NCBI GenBank assembly: GCA_963842525.1
Contig: CAWJGT010000023.1
Location: 96,001-160,000 of the forward strand
DNA from: an uncultured Holophagales bacterium
GTDB lineage: Bacteria; Acidobacteriota; Thermoanaerobaculia; Multivoradales; UBA5704
Direction of reading: 5' to 3'
DNA length: 64,000 nucleotides
In this document: piece by piece, positions 52,916-62,559 of the stretch
Position numbering within the stretch: position 1 is the first letter of the stretch
Layout: the number at the start of each line of letters is the position of its first letter
Notes under the pieces: model-generated
Told to the model about the DNA's origin: nothing
Database searches by the model: none
What the model saw: only the letters and a program-made list of their open reading frames with translations
Position numbers and translations under genes: made by a program

Positions 52916-53433
52916 GCGGGGACCGGGGTGACCGGATCGAGCGGAGCGGGGGCACGGAGGCGGTCGTGCAGCCGGGCGAGAACCGGCTCCGGGACCAGGC
53001 CGGTCAGGTCTCCACCAAAGGAGAAGACCTCCTTGACCAGCCGGCTCGAGAGATAGATGTAGTCCTCTCGCGGCATCAGGAAGGCCGTCTCGGTCCGCGG
53101 GTTGAGACGCCGGTTCATCAGCGCCATCTGGAACTCGTACTCGAAGTCCGAGACGGCGCGCAGGCCGCGGATGACCGTGCGCGCCCCGATGCGGTCCATG
53201 TAGTGGACGAGAAGGCCGGAGAAGCTCTCCACCCGGCACTCGGGACGGTCGCGCAGCAGGTCGCGGATGGTCTCGACCCGCTCCTCGACGCTGAACAGCG
53301 GCTTTTTGGCCTCGTTGAACAGCACGGCCACGACCACCTCGTCGAAGATCGGCCGGCAACGGTCGATGATGTCCAGGTGGCCGTTGTGAATCGGGTCGAA
53401 GGACCCCGGATAGACGGCGATCCGCTTGGTCAT
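52912..53433 (-). CDS. coaD: Phosphopantetheine adenylyltransferase
   Basis: AVYPGSFDPIHNGH, IRGLRAVSDFEYE and SSRLVKE. Confidence 0.96.
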   Translation of the reverse strand: MTKRIAVYPGSFDPIHNGHLDIIDRCRPIFDEVVVAVLFNEAKKPLFSVEERVETIRDLLRDRPECRVESFSGLLVHYMDRIGARTVIRGLRAVSDFEYEFQMALMNRRLNPRTETAFLMPREDYIYLSSRLVKEVFSFGGDLTGLVPEPVLARLHDRLRAPAPLDPVTPVPA

Positions 53434-55607
53434 CGGTTCTTGGAGAGGTCGAAGGTGATCACGTTGTAGGCGGCGTCGGTGACCCGCAGGAGGAGCAGGG
53501 CGCCGTTCTTTCCGGGTTCGAGGAGCAACGTCTCGGTCCGCCCGTCGAGCAGACCATCCACCGCCTCGACCGGCTTCCACTCCTCGGCGTCGAGGCTGTA
53601 GACCGCCTCGCGCAACGGGCTCGCCGAGTCGCGGACGGTGACGCGCAACTGGTCGCTGTCCTTCTCGACCTTGCCCAGGACGGGGGAGGTATGGTCGACC
53701 ACGACCGGATCGCTCACCTGCTCGGCCTGCAGAGCGTCCTCCCGGTCGTTGGAAGGCTGGTCCGAGGCGACCAGGCGGAAGCGGTAGACCCCGTCCGGGA
53801 GGACGGTGGCGTCGAAGCTGTAGTAGTCGTCCTTGAGGTCGCCGGCCATCTTGAGCCAGGGCCCGGTGGATTCCGCCGGACGGAAGGAGAGCGCGTAGGC
53901 GAGCTGGTCGCCGTTGGGGTCGGCAGCGCTCCAGCGCAGGGTCCGGAAACCCTTCTTCCACAGCGGCTTGGTGCGCCCGCCGTCGTCCTCCGCGGGGCCG
54001 CCTACGGAGGTGAAGATCCCCTCGCGGTTCGGATGCGCGGGCTCGAAGACCTGGCTCGACGGGTTGAAATTGGCGGGCACCAGGACCTGCCCCGCGTCGA
54101 GCGCCGCCAGCAGGGCGATCCTGGGTTTCAGGTTCTCCTGCCGGTAGGAGAGCTCGGTGCCGTAGATGCGGGGCGACTTGTCGCCGTCGGCGCGGAGCTC
54201 GGTCCGCCACTGGACGTAGCGGCCGAGCGGCACGCCGTCGAGCGGGACTTCCTGGTTTTCCCCGTCACGCCAGTCGGTCCATGGCGACCAGGTGCGGTCC
54301 GGCTCGGAGCTGATGCCGCTGCGGAACGAGAAGCGCGTGTTCCCCCGTCCCGAGGCACCAGGCTCGTCGCCGCGCCAGCGGAAGGTGCCGAAGCGGGCCA
54401 CCTGGCCGGCGTCGAGCGCCGCGCTGGTGTAGGTGCCGGTCTTCTCGATCCCTTCCGTGATGCGGAAGAAGGCGGCTGCGTTGGTGGTGGCGAAGGCCGG
54501 GCCGGACGCGCCGGGCAGCAGGGCCACCACCTGCCGCTCGTCCACGTCCTTCTCCAGGAGCATCTGGGCGTCGCGGTAGCTGTAGAGCTTGCCCTCGAGG
54601 CCGGTGGCCACCCAGAGGCGGTCGTTGGCCCAGAGCAGGTCGTAGGCGGTCTCCTCCGGGAAGGTCCACAGGCTCTCGACGACGCCGGCCGGCGACACGC
54701 TCAGGATTTCGCTGCGCGGGCCCGCGGCCCCCTGGCGGGTGCCCGTGGCCGCAGTGGCAGGCGTCTCCTCGACCACGGTCACCGTCACGGTGGGCTCGCC
54801 GGGCTTTGCCGCGGCGGCGTCCTTGGACAGATCGACCAGGCTCGCCTCGGAGGCGGCCACGGCGGCGTAGAAGCTGCCGTCCGCAGCGACGGCGAGCGCC
54901 ACGACCTCAGGCGACGCGGCATCGTAGAGGGTGCGCACCTGGCGGTCGCGGCCGAGCCGCAGGATCAGCCCCTCGCCGGCCGTGCCGATCAACACGTCGC
55001 CGCCGGGCAGAACCTCCAGCGACCGCAGATGCGTGTCGTCGCTGTCGTAGAGGGTCTCTCCTTTTCCGCCGGCAGCGACCCGGAAGAGCTTGCCCTGGGT
55101 GCCGGTGGCGACCAGCAGGGCGCCGTCCGCGGCCCGGGCGAGGCTCCAGATGTAGGTTTCGCCAGGATCGAAATAGACCTCCCCCGTCTTGCCGCGGGGA
55201 ATCCGGTAGACCTTGCCGCGCGGCGATGTGGCGGCGTACACGGTGCCGTCCGGATCGGCCAGGACGGCGAAGACCTCCGGCTCGGGAGCGGCGAACAGCT
55301 CGGTGACCTTCCCCTTGCGGTCGATCTGGAGCACCTTGCCCGCATTGCCGGTCCCGACGACCCAGCCGTCGGGGTGAACCGCGGTGGAGAGCAGGAAAGG
55401 CTCCACGAGCGAAGCCACCTTCTCGGCCCGCGGGGCGAGCCCCATCCGGCCGAGCGCGTCGATGCTCACACCTTCGAGCGTACCGGCGAGGAAGCCGGCC
55501 TGGCTCTGCGTCTGGAAGATCTTGACCTGGGTGGCGAGCGCCGGCCGCGCTCCTCCCAGGGACACTGCAAGCAACACGGCCGGCAGCACGACGCTCCGCA
55601 ACCTCAT
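53430..55607 (-). CDS. Secreted beta-propeller / Ig-like domain protein
   Basis: Signal peptide MRLRSVVLPAVLL, repeated propeller blades (DGTVYAAT..GKVYRI) and C-terminal LPDGVYRFRLVASD. Confidence 0.75.
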   Translation of the reverse strand: MRLRSVVLPAVLLAVSLGGARPALATQVKIFQTQSQAGFLAGTLEGVSIDALGRMGLAPRAEKVASLVEPFLLSTAVHPDGWVVGTGNAGKVLQIDRKGKVTELFAAPEPEVFAVLADPDGTVYAATSPRGKVYRIPRGKTGEVYFDPGETYIWSLARAADGALLVATGTQGKLFRVAAGGKGETLYDSDDTHLRSLEVLPGGDVLIGTAGEGLILRLGRDRQVRTLYDAASPEVVALAVAADGSFYAAVAASEASLVDLSKDAAAAKPGEPTVTVTVVEETPATAATGTRQGAAGPRSEILSVSPAGVVESLWTFPEETAYDLLWANDRLWVATGLEGKLYSYRDAQMLLEKDVDERQVVALLPGASGPAFATTNAAAFFRITEGIEKTGTYTSAALDAGQVARFGTFRWRGDEPGASGRGNTRFSFRSGISSEPDRTWSPWTDWRDGENQEVPLDGVPLGRYVQWRTELRADGDKSPRIYGTELSYRQENLKPRIALLAALDAGQVLVPANFNPSSQVFEPAHPNREGIFTSVGGPAEDDGGRTKPLWKKGFRTLRWSAADPNGDQLAYALSFRPAESTGPWLKMAGDLKDDYYSFDATVLPDGVYRFRLVASDQPSNDREDALQAEQVSDPVVVDHTSPVLGKVEKDSDQLRVTVRDSASPLREAVYSLDAEEWKPVEAVDGLLDGRTETLLLEPGKNGALLLLRVTDAAYNVITFDLSKNR

Positions 55608-57517
55608 CGCCCCCCCTTGCCTCCATTCGTCTGCGCGGCGGCGTCCTTCGCCGTCCCGCCCCCTGTCTTGCCCTCGCCGCTTTCGCCGCTTTCGCCAGAC
55701 ACCGGCTCCAGCCGCCGCACCTCCAGGTCGACCCGCACCATGCCGTCCACAGGGACGTCCATCTCCTGGCGGATCTGCTGGGCGACGGTCGAGCGCAACG
55801 CCGTTGCGCTCCCCGAAGCCGCCGCGTTCCACAGCGAGCGGATCGAGGCCGGCAGGCGCGGCATCACCTCGCCCGCCACCGACAGGCCGGGGCCGCCATA
55901 AACGCCCAGCACCATCAGGTCGCGCCGGGAGTGCAGCGAGCGGATCAGCTCCAGGGCCTGCGGGAAGCTCACCGGCTCCGCCGGCTCGAGAGCCAGGCGG
56001 GCGGCGTCGACGCTCGATCCGTCGCCCACGATGAGCGAGTAGCGGCCGGCCGGCAGGTCCTCCGGCAAGTCGACCACCAGCGAGCGGCGGAAGCGTTCGC
56101 CACGCCACGCCACCAGGTCGAGGTTCAGGTCGACGCTCTCGCCCGGATAGACGACGGTGCGCCCGGCGTTGGCTCCGACCAGGGTGGCGGAGCGCGGCTC
56201 GACCGACTGCTTGACGTCGACCTCGATACTGTCGAACACGACCCTCTCGAAGGGGTTCTGGACCAGGTAGGCGGCGAAGACGAGCACGAACGCCGCCGCC
56301 TGAGTGGCTGCTCCGTCGCCGTCGAAGCTCTGCTTGATCTCGAGCTCGCCGTAGCGGGCGAGCCGGAAGCGGGCTGTCAGGTCGAGCGCCGGCTGGCCCC
56401 CCGTGTAGGCGGCCGACTCGATGCCGGCGAGCACGCTGCTGCCGACGAGCATGGGCGTGAAGAGGGGGAGGTCCGCCACGCGCACGTGGTACTCGCGCGG
56501 CTTCTCCCCGGCTCCCCCGGCGATGCGCACCACCATCGGCGTCATGACCGCCGATTCGCCGATCCGTCCGTGGATGCCCACCTGGCGGTCCTGCTCGAAG
56601 GCGCCGATGATCTCCCCGATGTTGGAGATCTTGAACGAGGAGTACTGGTTCGAGAGGAGCATCACCGTCTCGGCCTTGGCCATCGGGATCCGCATCGGGC
56701 CCAGCCCCCCCAGAAAGGGGTGGCCGAAGGCGAGGACGTGATCGCCATAGCGGTCCGTGACGGTGCCGGTCGCGGCCATCAGGAAGTCGCCGTCGACGAG
56801 CACCGCGGCCACGGCGCCGCCGAGCGGGAGGTCCTTGTCGGTCGAGGGAGCCGCCCTGCCCGCAGAGGAGACGTTGCCCAGCGCGCGCCGCAGCACCCCC
56901 TGCGACATGTCGCCGAAGCCCACGGTCGTCCACTGGAGGCTCGCCTGGGCGCCCAAAGCGACCTTCGGCTGCAGCCGCGCAAGCTCTCGCTCCAGGAGGT
57001 CCTTGGGGATCCGCCCGGCCTGGAGGTCGGCCAGGCCGACCGGCGGCAGCGGCGTGACCGCGGGCATGCCCTTGAAGGTCGAGAGCTGTCGCATCGACTC
57101 GATGGGCGTGATGCCGGCGATCGCCTCGTGCGAGAACGGCCAACTGAAGGCCACCGCGCCGGCCAGGCGGCCATCGAGGAACACCGGGCTGCCGCTCATG
57201 CCGTTGGCAACGCCGCTGCGTTCGAGGTCGTGGCCGGTCAGGCGGGCCAGGATGTAATTGGTGTCCGGCGTGACCTTCCGCATCACCCCGATGACCTCGA
57301 CCTCGAAGCGCTCCGGCTGGGTGCCCGAGAAGACGGACAGGCCGTAACCCTTCTGCCCTGCCTGGACCTCGTCGATGCCGATGGTCGGCAGGGTGCCGAC
57401 CTCGCCCAGCGCAGGCACGGCGGACGGCGGAATTTCGTTCGACGCCTTCAACTCTCCGGCCGCCAACGGTGCGGCCAGGAGCGCCAGGAGCATGGTCGTC
57501 ATCCATTGCTGTTTCAT
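55604..57517 (-). CDS. SpoIVB-like peptidase S55 domain protein
   Basis: GMSGSPV, LAFGHPF and an N-terminal signal peptide. Confidence 0.85.
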   Translation of the reverse strand: MKQQWMTTMLLALLAAPLAAGELKASNEIPPSAVPALGEVGTLPTIGIDEVQAGQKGYGLSVFSGTQPERFEVEVIGVMRKVTPDTNYILARLTGHDLERSGVANGMSGSPVFLDGRLAGAVAFSWPFSHEAIAGITPIESMRQLSTFKGMPAVTPLPPVGLADLQAGRIPKDLLERELARLQPKVALGAQASLQWTTVGFGDMSQGVLRRALGNVSSAGRAAPSTDKDLPLGGAVAAVLVDGDFLMAATGTVTDRYGDHVLAFGHPFLGGLGPMRIPMAKAETVMLLSNQYSSFKISNIGEIIGAFEQDRQVGIHGRIGESAVMTPMVVRIAGGAGEKPREYHVRVADLPLFTPMLVGSSVLAGIESAAYTGGQPALDLTARFRLARYGELEIKQSFDGDGAATQAAAFVLVFAAYLVQNPFERVVFDSIEVDVKQSVEPRSATLVGANAGRTVVYPGESVDLNLDLVAWRGERFRRSLVVDLPEDLPAGRYSLIVGDGSSVDAARLALEPAEPVSFPQALELIRSLHSRRDLMVLGVYGGPGLSVAGEVMPRLPASIRSLWNAAASGSATALRSTVAQQIRQEMDVPVDGMVRVDLEVRRLEPVSGESGESGEGKTGGGTAKDAAAQTNGGKGGR

Positions 57518-57533
57518 ACTCGTTCTCCGTGGG

Positions 57534-58154
57534 CTACCGGCGCCGCCACAGATCGAGCTGTGCACGCAGCCGTTCGACAGGGAAACTCCCTGATCGTAGA
57601 ACCACCGGACCCGGCTCCTCTATTGCCACCAGCGTCGACGGCGGACCGCCGGGCAGGACTCCGCCGTCCACCACCACCGCATTCTCGCCTGCCAGAAGCG
57701 CGGCAGCCTCCTCTGGATCGAGGACCGGCGCGCCGCCGCTCCGGTTGGCGCTGGTGGCGGTCAGGCCGTGCCCGAGCTCTGCAAGCAACCGCCGCAGGCC
57801 GTCGTGCCGGGGGATGCGGACCGCGAGGGTCGGCTCCCCGGCGGCGGCCGGCACCGGCCGCGCGAGCGGCAGGAGCACGGTGAGGGGCCCTGGCCAACAC
57901 GCCGAAAGAGGCTCCAGTATAGGGAGGTCGGGATCGATTCCCAAATCCGCGAGCTGCGCGAGATCCGCGACCACCACGGGGAGCGCCTTGCCCCGTTCCC
58001 GCTCCTTGATCCTGTAGATCGTCTCAACCCCGATCGGGTTCCATGGATCGGCGCCGAGGCCGTAGCTCGACTCGGTGGGAATGGCGAGCACACCGCCGCG
58101 GGTGAGGACCGCGCGCAAGGGGGCGACGGGGTCGCCGGGACGAAAGATCCTCAC
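57534..58154 (-). CDS. tsaC: L-threonylcarbamoyladenylate synthase (YrdC/Sua5)
   Basis: IPTESSYGLGAD, IKER, WPGPLT, TATSAN and PSTLV. Confidence 0.9.
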   Translation of the reverse strand: MRIFRPGDPVAPLRAVLTRGGVLAIPTESSYGLGADPWNPIGVETIYRIKERERGKALPVVVADLAQLADLGIDPDLPILEPLSACWPGPLTVLLPLARPVPAAAGEPTLAVRIPRHDGLRRLLAELGHGLTATSANRSGGAPVLDPEEAAALLAGENAVVVDGGVLPGGPPSTLVAIEEPGPVVLRSGSFPVERLRAQLDLWRRR

Positions 58155-58161
58155 CCCCTGT

Positions 58162-58201
58162 CCCCCTCTCCCATCGCCCCCCCACCGACCGGGAGAGGGG
58201 G
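58162..58201. repeat. REP-like palindrome
   Basis: CCCCCTCTCCC (58162-58172) pairs with GGGAGAGGGGG (58191-58201). Confidence 0.5.
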
Positions 58202-58317
58202 GATCACCCGATTAGTGATCTCAGCGGTGTTCATGTGATCTCATTGCGGCCTTCCTCGGGGGGAAGAGGTTCCATGTGTTGCCATTTTGGACCAATTCTC
58301 GCCAGAAAGCGTTGAGC

Positions 58318-58353
58318 TGTGTGACCCGTGTGTGACCCAAGTTATGCTATACT
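58318..58353 (+). promoter_or_regulatory. Tandem 10-bp direct repeats (candidate integrase arm sites) and an extended -10 element
   Basis: TGTGTGACCC at 58318 and 58329, then TGCTATACT just before the integrase ATG at 58361. Confidence 0.5.
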
Positions 58354-58360
58354 TACGCCC

Positions 58361-59665
58361 ATGAGCTACAACATCAAATTTGAGGATCGCACCCTGCGCG
58401 GTCTCCGCGTTCCCGATGGCAAGGACAGGCAGGAATGGAGTGACACGGTGGTCCCGGGGCTTCGCTTCCGCAAGAGCGATAGGGGGCATGGCTCCTTCTC
58501 CGTCGTCTACAGGGTCAAGGGTCAGGACAAGCAGGACCGCAGGACCATCGGACCCTTTCCCAGGCTCTCGATCGCTCAGGCCCGGGAGGAGGCTCGACAG
58601 GATCTTAACGCCGCCAGCTCGGGACGGGACCCGAAGAAGCTCCGGATGGCTCCTCCCGAGGCTCCCGAGGAGCGCCCCATTACCTTCGCGGAGCTCTTCG
58701 AGCTCTACATGGAGCGCCACGCTCGCGACCATCTCGCGACTTGGTACGACGTCCAGCGGCGGGTCCGCAAGGATGTGATTCCCGTCATCGGCCAGATGCC
58801 CGCTGGCGAGGTGCGCAAGCGCCATCTCCATCTGGTCATCGACCGGCTCGTCACCGGGGGGCACGCCGTCAGCGCTCGCGGCCTGCTGTTTGTGATCTCG
58901 GCTGTCTTCACCTGGGCCGAGGGGCGCGAGCTCGTCGAGTACAACCCGGTCCGGCGCTTCCCCTACCCCAAGCCGGCCGTGCCTCCGGAACGCAGGAGTC
59001 TTTCCGACGACCAGCTCCGGGCGCTGTGGTTTGCCCTCCTGGAGATCGCCGACCAGCCGGTGCCCGAAAAACAGGAGGAGCTGCACAACGGCCAGTTCAC
59101 TACGACCCGGGATCTGTTCGCTTTGGTGGTGCTGACGCGGCTCCTGCTGGGCCAGCGCACCACCGAAACCGTCGGCATGCGCCGCCAGGATCTGGAGGCT
59201 CAGTGGTGGAACCTGCCTGGCTACATCGGGCGGCGGCGGTACACGAAGACGGGACGGGATCACCGGGTGCCGCTGCTGCCGCTGTGGAGCGAGTATGTGC
59301 TGCCGCGCGTCGAGAGGTTGAGTGCCGGGCGGCCGTATGTCTTCCCCAGCGATCGGCTGCAGGACCAGCACCTCCACGCCGAGAGCATTACGTCGTTCTG
59401 TTCCCGAGTGTCGGCCAAGGTGGGCTTCCCCTTCGTGGCTCGCAACCTGCGGACGACGTTCCTGACTTCCATGGCTCGGCTTGGTGTGCCGCAGGAGGTC
59501 CGGCGGCGTCTGGTCAACCACACTGATGGGACCATCGAAACGATTCACTACAACCTTTATGACTACGACGCCGAAAAGTGGGCGGCCGGGCTGCGTTGGG
59601 ATGCCCATCTTCGGGGCATCTTTTTCGGCGAGACGGCTCAGGTAGCGCCCTCTCAGGCCGCCTAG
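58361..59665 (+). CDS. Tyrosine integrase with N-terminal arm-binding domain
   Basis: WSDTVVPGLRFR..TIGPFPRLSIAQAR. Catalytic R (GQRTTE), K (TKTG), RNLR, H (VNH) and Y (HYN). Confidence 0.92.
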   Translation: MSYNIKFEDRTLRGLRVPDGKDRQEWSDTVVPGLRFRKSDRGHGSFSVVYRVKGQDKQDRRTIGPFPRLSIAQAREEARQDLNAASSGRDPKKLRMAPPEAPEERPITFAELFELYMERHARDHLATWYDVQRRVRKDVIPVIGQMPAGEVRKRHLHLVIDRLVTGGHAVSARGLLFVISAVFTWAEGRELVEYNPVRRFPYPKPAVPPERRSLSDDQLRALWFALLEIADQPVPEKQEELHNGQFTTTRDLFALVVLTRLLLGQRTTETVGMRRQDLEAQWWNLPGYIGRRRYTKTGRDHRVPLLPLWSEYVLPRVERLSAGRPYVFPSDRLQDQHLHAESITSFCSRVSAKVGFPFVARNLRTTFLTSMARLGVPQEVRRRLVNHTDGTIETIHYNLYDYDAEKWAAGLRWDAHLRGIFFGETAQVAPSQAA

Positions 59666-59671
59666 GTGGCT

Positions 59672-59732
59672 AAAACCGGCTGCCTGCTTCCGGTTTTTCA
59701 GCGGAAAACCGGCTGCGGGCAGCCGGTTTTTT
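59672..59732. terminator. Bidirectional intrinsic terminator-like hairpin preceded by an imperfect copy
   Basis: AAAACCGGCTGC-GG-GCAGCCGGTTTTTT between the convergent integrase and AlpA genes. Confidence 0.65.
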
Positions 59733-59984
59733 CTAGGCGGCCCAGTCGCGCCGGCCTTCTTGCCATTCGCGGAGCTTGTCCACGCGAAAGGCTTCCCTGC
59801 CTGGGCTTAGCGTCTCCGGAGCGGGGAATCGGCCGACCGCGATTTCCCGCCGCAATGTGGACCGGGACAGGCTTGACCAGTTGATCACCTCGGGCCAGGT
59901 CATGAACCGGGGGAGCACCTCACGGACGTTGGACAATGTGTGGCGGCTCGGCAAGGGCTGATGCGGTCTGCGGTCGTTTTTCAT
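59733..59984 (-). CDS. AlpA-family regulator/excisionase
   Basis: RFMTWPEVINWSSLSRSTLRREIAVGRFPAPETLSPGREAF..W. Confidence 0.85.
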   Translation of the reverse strand: MKNDRRPHQPLPSRHTLSNVREVLPRFMTWPEVINWSSLSRSTLRREIAVGRFPAPETLSPGREAFRVDKLREWQEGRRDWAA

Positions 59985-60127
59985 TGGTTTTCTCTATTGG
60001 GACCCTGAATGCTACGTTCCGCACAGTGTATGTGTAGAGCGGCATCGATGTCAAGGGAAAGGGCAGGAATTCCGGGTTTTCCGAGAGGGGATTGCTTATG
60101 CGGCTAGCGACACCGTATCATGTTGGT

Positions 60128-60508
60128 ATGGCTGCTAAAGATCCCTTTGAAGGACTTGGACAAGCGCTCGCCCGACTCCGGGAGTGGCGCGGCTTCGCGA
60201 CGCAGACGGATGCGGCAGAGGCCCTTGGCTTCGACAAGGGTCAGTTGTCGCGCTGGGAGAGTGAGAAACCTCGGCCCACTCTCGAGAACCTCGGCCGCCT
60301 GCTTGCGGCCTACGGAGTCGGCCTGGCGGACCTGGTGGCTCTCTTGGAGGAGGTCCGCCGGCCGAAGCGGAAGACACTGGATCGATTGGCCTATGACGCC
60401 GAGATGGCCCGGTTGAGCGAGTTGCTTCGGCAGATGGAGGAGAACCAGGCCGAAGCAAAGAGCCGATTGAAGACGCTCGAGGGGCTGTTGTATGAGAGCA
60501 AGGGATAG
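60128..60508 (+). CDS. XRE-family HTH repressor
   Basis: LARLREWRG..TQTDAAEALG..QLSRWESEKPRPTLENL, a C-terminal coiled coil, and divergent orientation to AlpA. Confidence 0.88.
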   Translation: MAAKDPFEGLGQALARLREWRGFATQTDAAEALGFDKGQLSRWESEKPRPTLENLGRLLAAYGVGLADLVALLEEVRRPKRKTLDRLAYDAEMARLSELLRQMEENQAEAKSRLKTLEGLLYESKG

Positions 60509-60519
60509 CCTGCCGGGCC

Positions 60520-60728
60520 GAAAGGGTGCACTCCGCTGCACCCTTTTCCGAGAAAGGGTGCAATGGGCTGCGCCCTTTTCTGCCGAAAGGGCGCAATGGG
60601 CTGCGCCCTTTTCCCGAGAAAACGCGCGCTTGGCCGCACCTTTTCCGCGAGAAACGCGCGGCGGGCCGCGCTTTTTTCCGCGAGAAAACGCGCAGTGGGC
60701 CGCGCCTTTTTCCACGAGAAACGCGCGG
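60520..60728. repeat. Tandem array of ~6.3 degenerate 32-34 bp palindromic units
   Basis: Units start at 60520, 60552, 60585, 60618, 60651, 60684 and 60718, e.g. GAAAGGGTGCAATGGGCTGCGCCCTTTTC. A related copy lies at ~62482-62509. Confidence 0.85.
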
Positions 60729-60974
60729 CTTATAGGTTGAATGTCGGACAGGGCCAGGCCCTATCTCTACCTGGAAAAGAGCTGGGCGGCTGGGACGGAC
60801 ATGGAGGGTCTTCGGGCGGAGCTTCTATGTGGACCACCGGTGTCAAGCGTCTCAGGGTTGTTCGTCCTCCCCTCCTTTTTGGGTGGTTTCGCCGAGGGCT
60901 TCTGCATCGCGTTGGGGCGTTTGGTCTCCCTTTCAGTTTCTGGCGCTTGCCGGTGTGCCAGGACCTGGTCGTCC

Positions 60975-61140
60975 TTTCCAGCTTCTATCCGTGCTGACCT
61001 CACCTTTGGGTCAGGCACCAAATGCAGCATGCGCTGCGAGCGACTCAGGCAAGCTTTAGGAGCGGCCCCATCTGAGGAAAACGGTTCGGAAGCCCGAACC
61101 AAGCTCCGCCCCGGGCACGCTCCACCAGTCTTTCTCGGAG
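60975..61140 (-). ncRNA. Candidate IS110 bridge/seek RNA (boundaries approximate)
   Basis: Two hairpin-centred loops whose flanking segments match the insertion flanks (11/11 nt and 6-8 nt) and the element ends. Confidence 0.65.
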
Positions 61141-61182
61141 ACCTCCCCTCTTGTCCCTCCTTACCTGGAATTCTGTTCCAGA

Positions 61183-62310
61183 CTACTTGGTCTTCAGCTC
61201 AGCACCATCAGGAATCACTCCGTAGTCCAGATAGCGCCACAGCGCGATCAGCAGCTTGCGGGCCAGGGCCACGATCCCCACCCGCCGAGAACGGCGACTC
61301 CCAGGGCCATAGCGCTCCCGAAACCACAAGCTCAGGCGGCTCTGCGGTTGGAAGCGCAACCATCCCCAAGCGATCTCGATCGCCATCACCCGGATCCGGC
61401 GATTCCCCGCCTTGCTGATCCCCTGTTCGATGTTGACCGTGTCACCACTCTGATAAGGCATCGGCGCCAGACCCGCCAAACCGGCCACCTCTCGACGGTT
61501 GCGGAACTGCCGCCAACCGAAGAATTCCACCACGAACAGCCAACCACTGCTGTCCCCAATCCCCTTGAGCTTTTGCAGCCGCTGCACCTTTTCCGTCGCT
61601 TCCACTGTGGCCTTCTGGCGAAATCGTTCGACCGCTGCAATCTGACTCTCCAGAAGAGCCAGCCGCTCGCCCTCTCGCCTCAGACGCTCCCGCAAGCTCG
61701 AAAGCAGCCTCTCGCCGTTCCACTGCGTCGCCTGATCCAACTGCTGCAGGAAGCCCTTGCCGACCTTCACTCCCCGAGCCCCCACGCTGGCCAGCAGGCC
61801 CTTGATCCGATTCGTGTGGGCCGTCCGCTCCTGCTTCAGCGACTCAAGCTCCCGGGCCAGGTGACGCTCATCCTCCTGCTCGGGCGTCGGCGCGTGCGCC
61901 ACCCCGAACACCTTCTTCTCCCCGCGCTCGTAACGGATCAACAATGACAGCAACTTCTCCACGTCCACCCCATCCGTCTTGGCCCGCCGATGCCGCCGAT
62001 TCACCTCGATGCTCGAGGAGTCCATGACGACGTTTTCCACTCCTTCCGACAGCAGGAACCGATGCAACCAGAACCCATCCCGCCCGGCCTCGTAGCAACT
62101 CACCACCCGAGCCGACTCCGGCACGCCGAGGCGATGCTTGGCCCGAGCGATCTCCAGCATCAGCCCGTTCAGATCGCCGGCCGCAACCGTCCGCTGACTC
62201 GCCTTGCGTCCAGCCTCCACACCAAACCCCAGCCTCCACTCGCTGGCGCCGAGCTCCAGGGCCATGTGCAACACCGCCTCCGTTCGCGTAGACTCGGTCG
62301 TCTGGTTCAT
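61183..62310 (-). CDS. IS110-family DEDD transposase/recombinase
   Basis: ALELG, CYEAGRDGF, RAKTDGVD, GLAPMPYQSG, GISKAGN and VALARKL. RBS GAAAGGAG. Confidence 0.95.
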   Translation of the reverse strand: MNQTTESTRTEAVLHMALELGASEWRLGFGVEAGRKASQRTVAAGDLNGLMLEIARAKHRLGVPESARVVSCYEAGRDGFWLHRFLLSEGVENVVMDSSSIEVNRRHRRAKTDGVDVEKLLSLLIRYERGEKKVFGVAHAPTPEQEDERHLARELESLKQERTAHTNRIKGLLASVGARGVKVGKGFLQQLDQATQWNGERLLSSLRERLRREGERLALLESQIAAVERFRQKATVEATEKVQRLQKLKGIGDSSGWLFVVEFFGWRQFRNRREVAGLAGLAPMPYQSGDTVNIEQGISKAGNRRIRVMAIEIAWGWLRFQPQSRLSLWFRERYGPGSRRSRRVGIVALARKLLIALWRYLDYGVIPDGAELKTK

Positions 62311-62559
62311 CGGGGTTCTCCTTTCTAACCCGTTAAAGTTCCCCGAAACATACAACCGGCGACCCGCTTTTGCATCCCCCCTCGCCCTGCATAGCATCTG
62401 AGATGGACCGGCGTAGCGGTAGGGCCTCAACTGCCCGCCTGGATACTCCCAAAAAACGTGCACTCGGCTTCCCCTTTTCTTGAAAAGGTGCAATGGGCTT
62501 CACCTTTTCCTGGGGTGCTTGCAAGAGAGCGCCGGCCTCTCTAGGCTGAGCGGCTCAGA

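Larger units (their letters stand above)
60824..62399 (-). mobile_element. IS110-family insertion sequence (~1.57 kb)
   Basis: TCT core at both junctions (60824-60826 and 62397-62399). Outward TTGACA near the 3' end (minus strand, 60841-60846). Transposase followed by a 356-bp non-coding end. Confidence 0.8.

Noticed and set aside
53430-57506. Single 1358-aa protein from the ORF track
   Set aside because: The N-terminal half is an off-frame read of the SpoIVB-like gene. The real start is the ATG at 55607 with a signal peptide.
58155-58320. tRNA or tmRNA integration target
   Set aside because: I could not recognise a cloverleaf, T-loop or CCA pattern.
60520-60728. CRISPR array
   Set aside because: The units abut with no unique spacers, are degenerate, and no cas genes are in the window.
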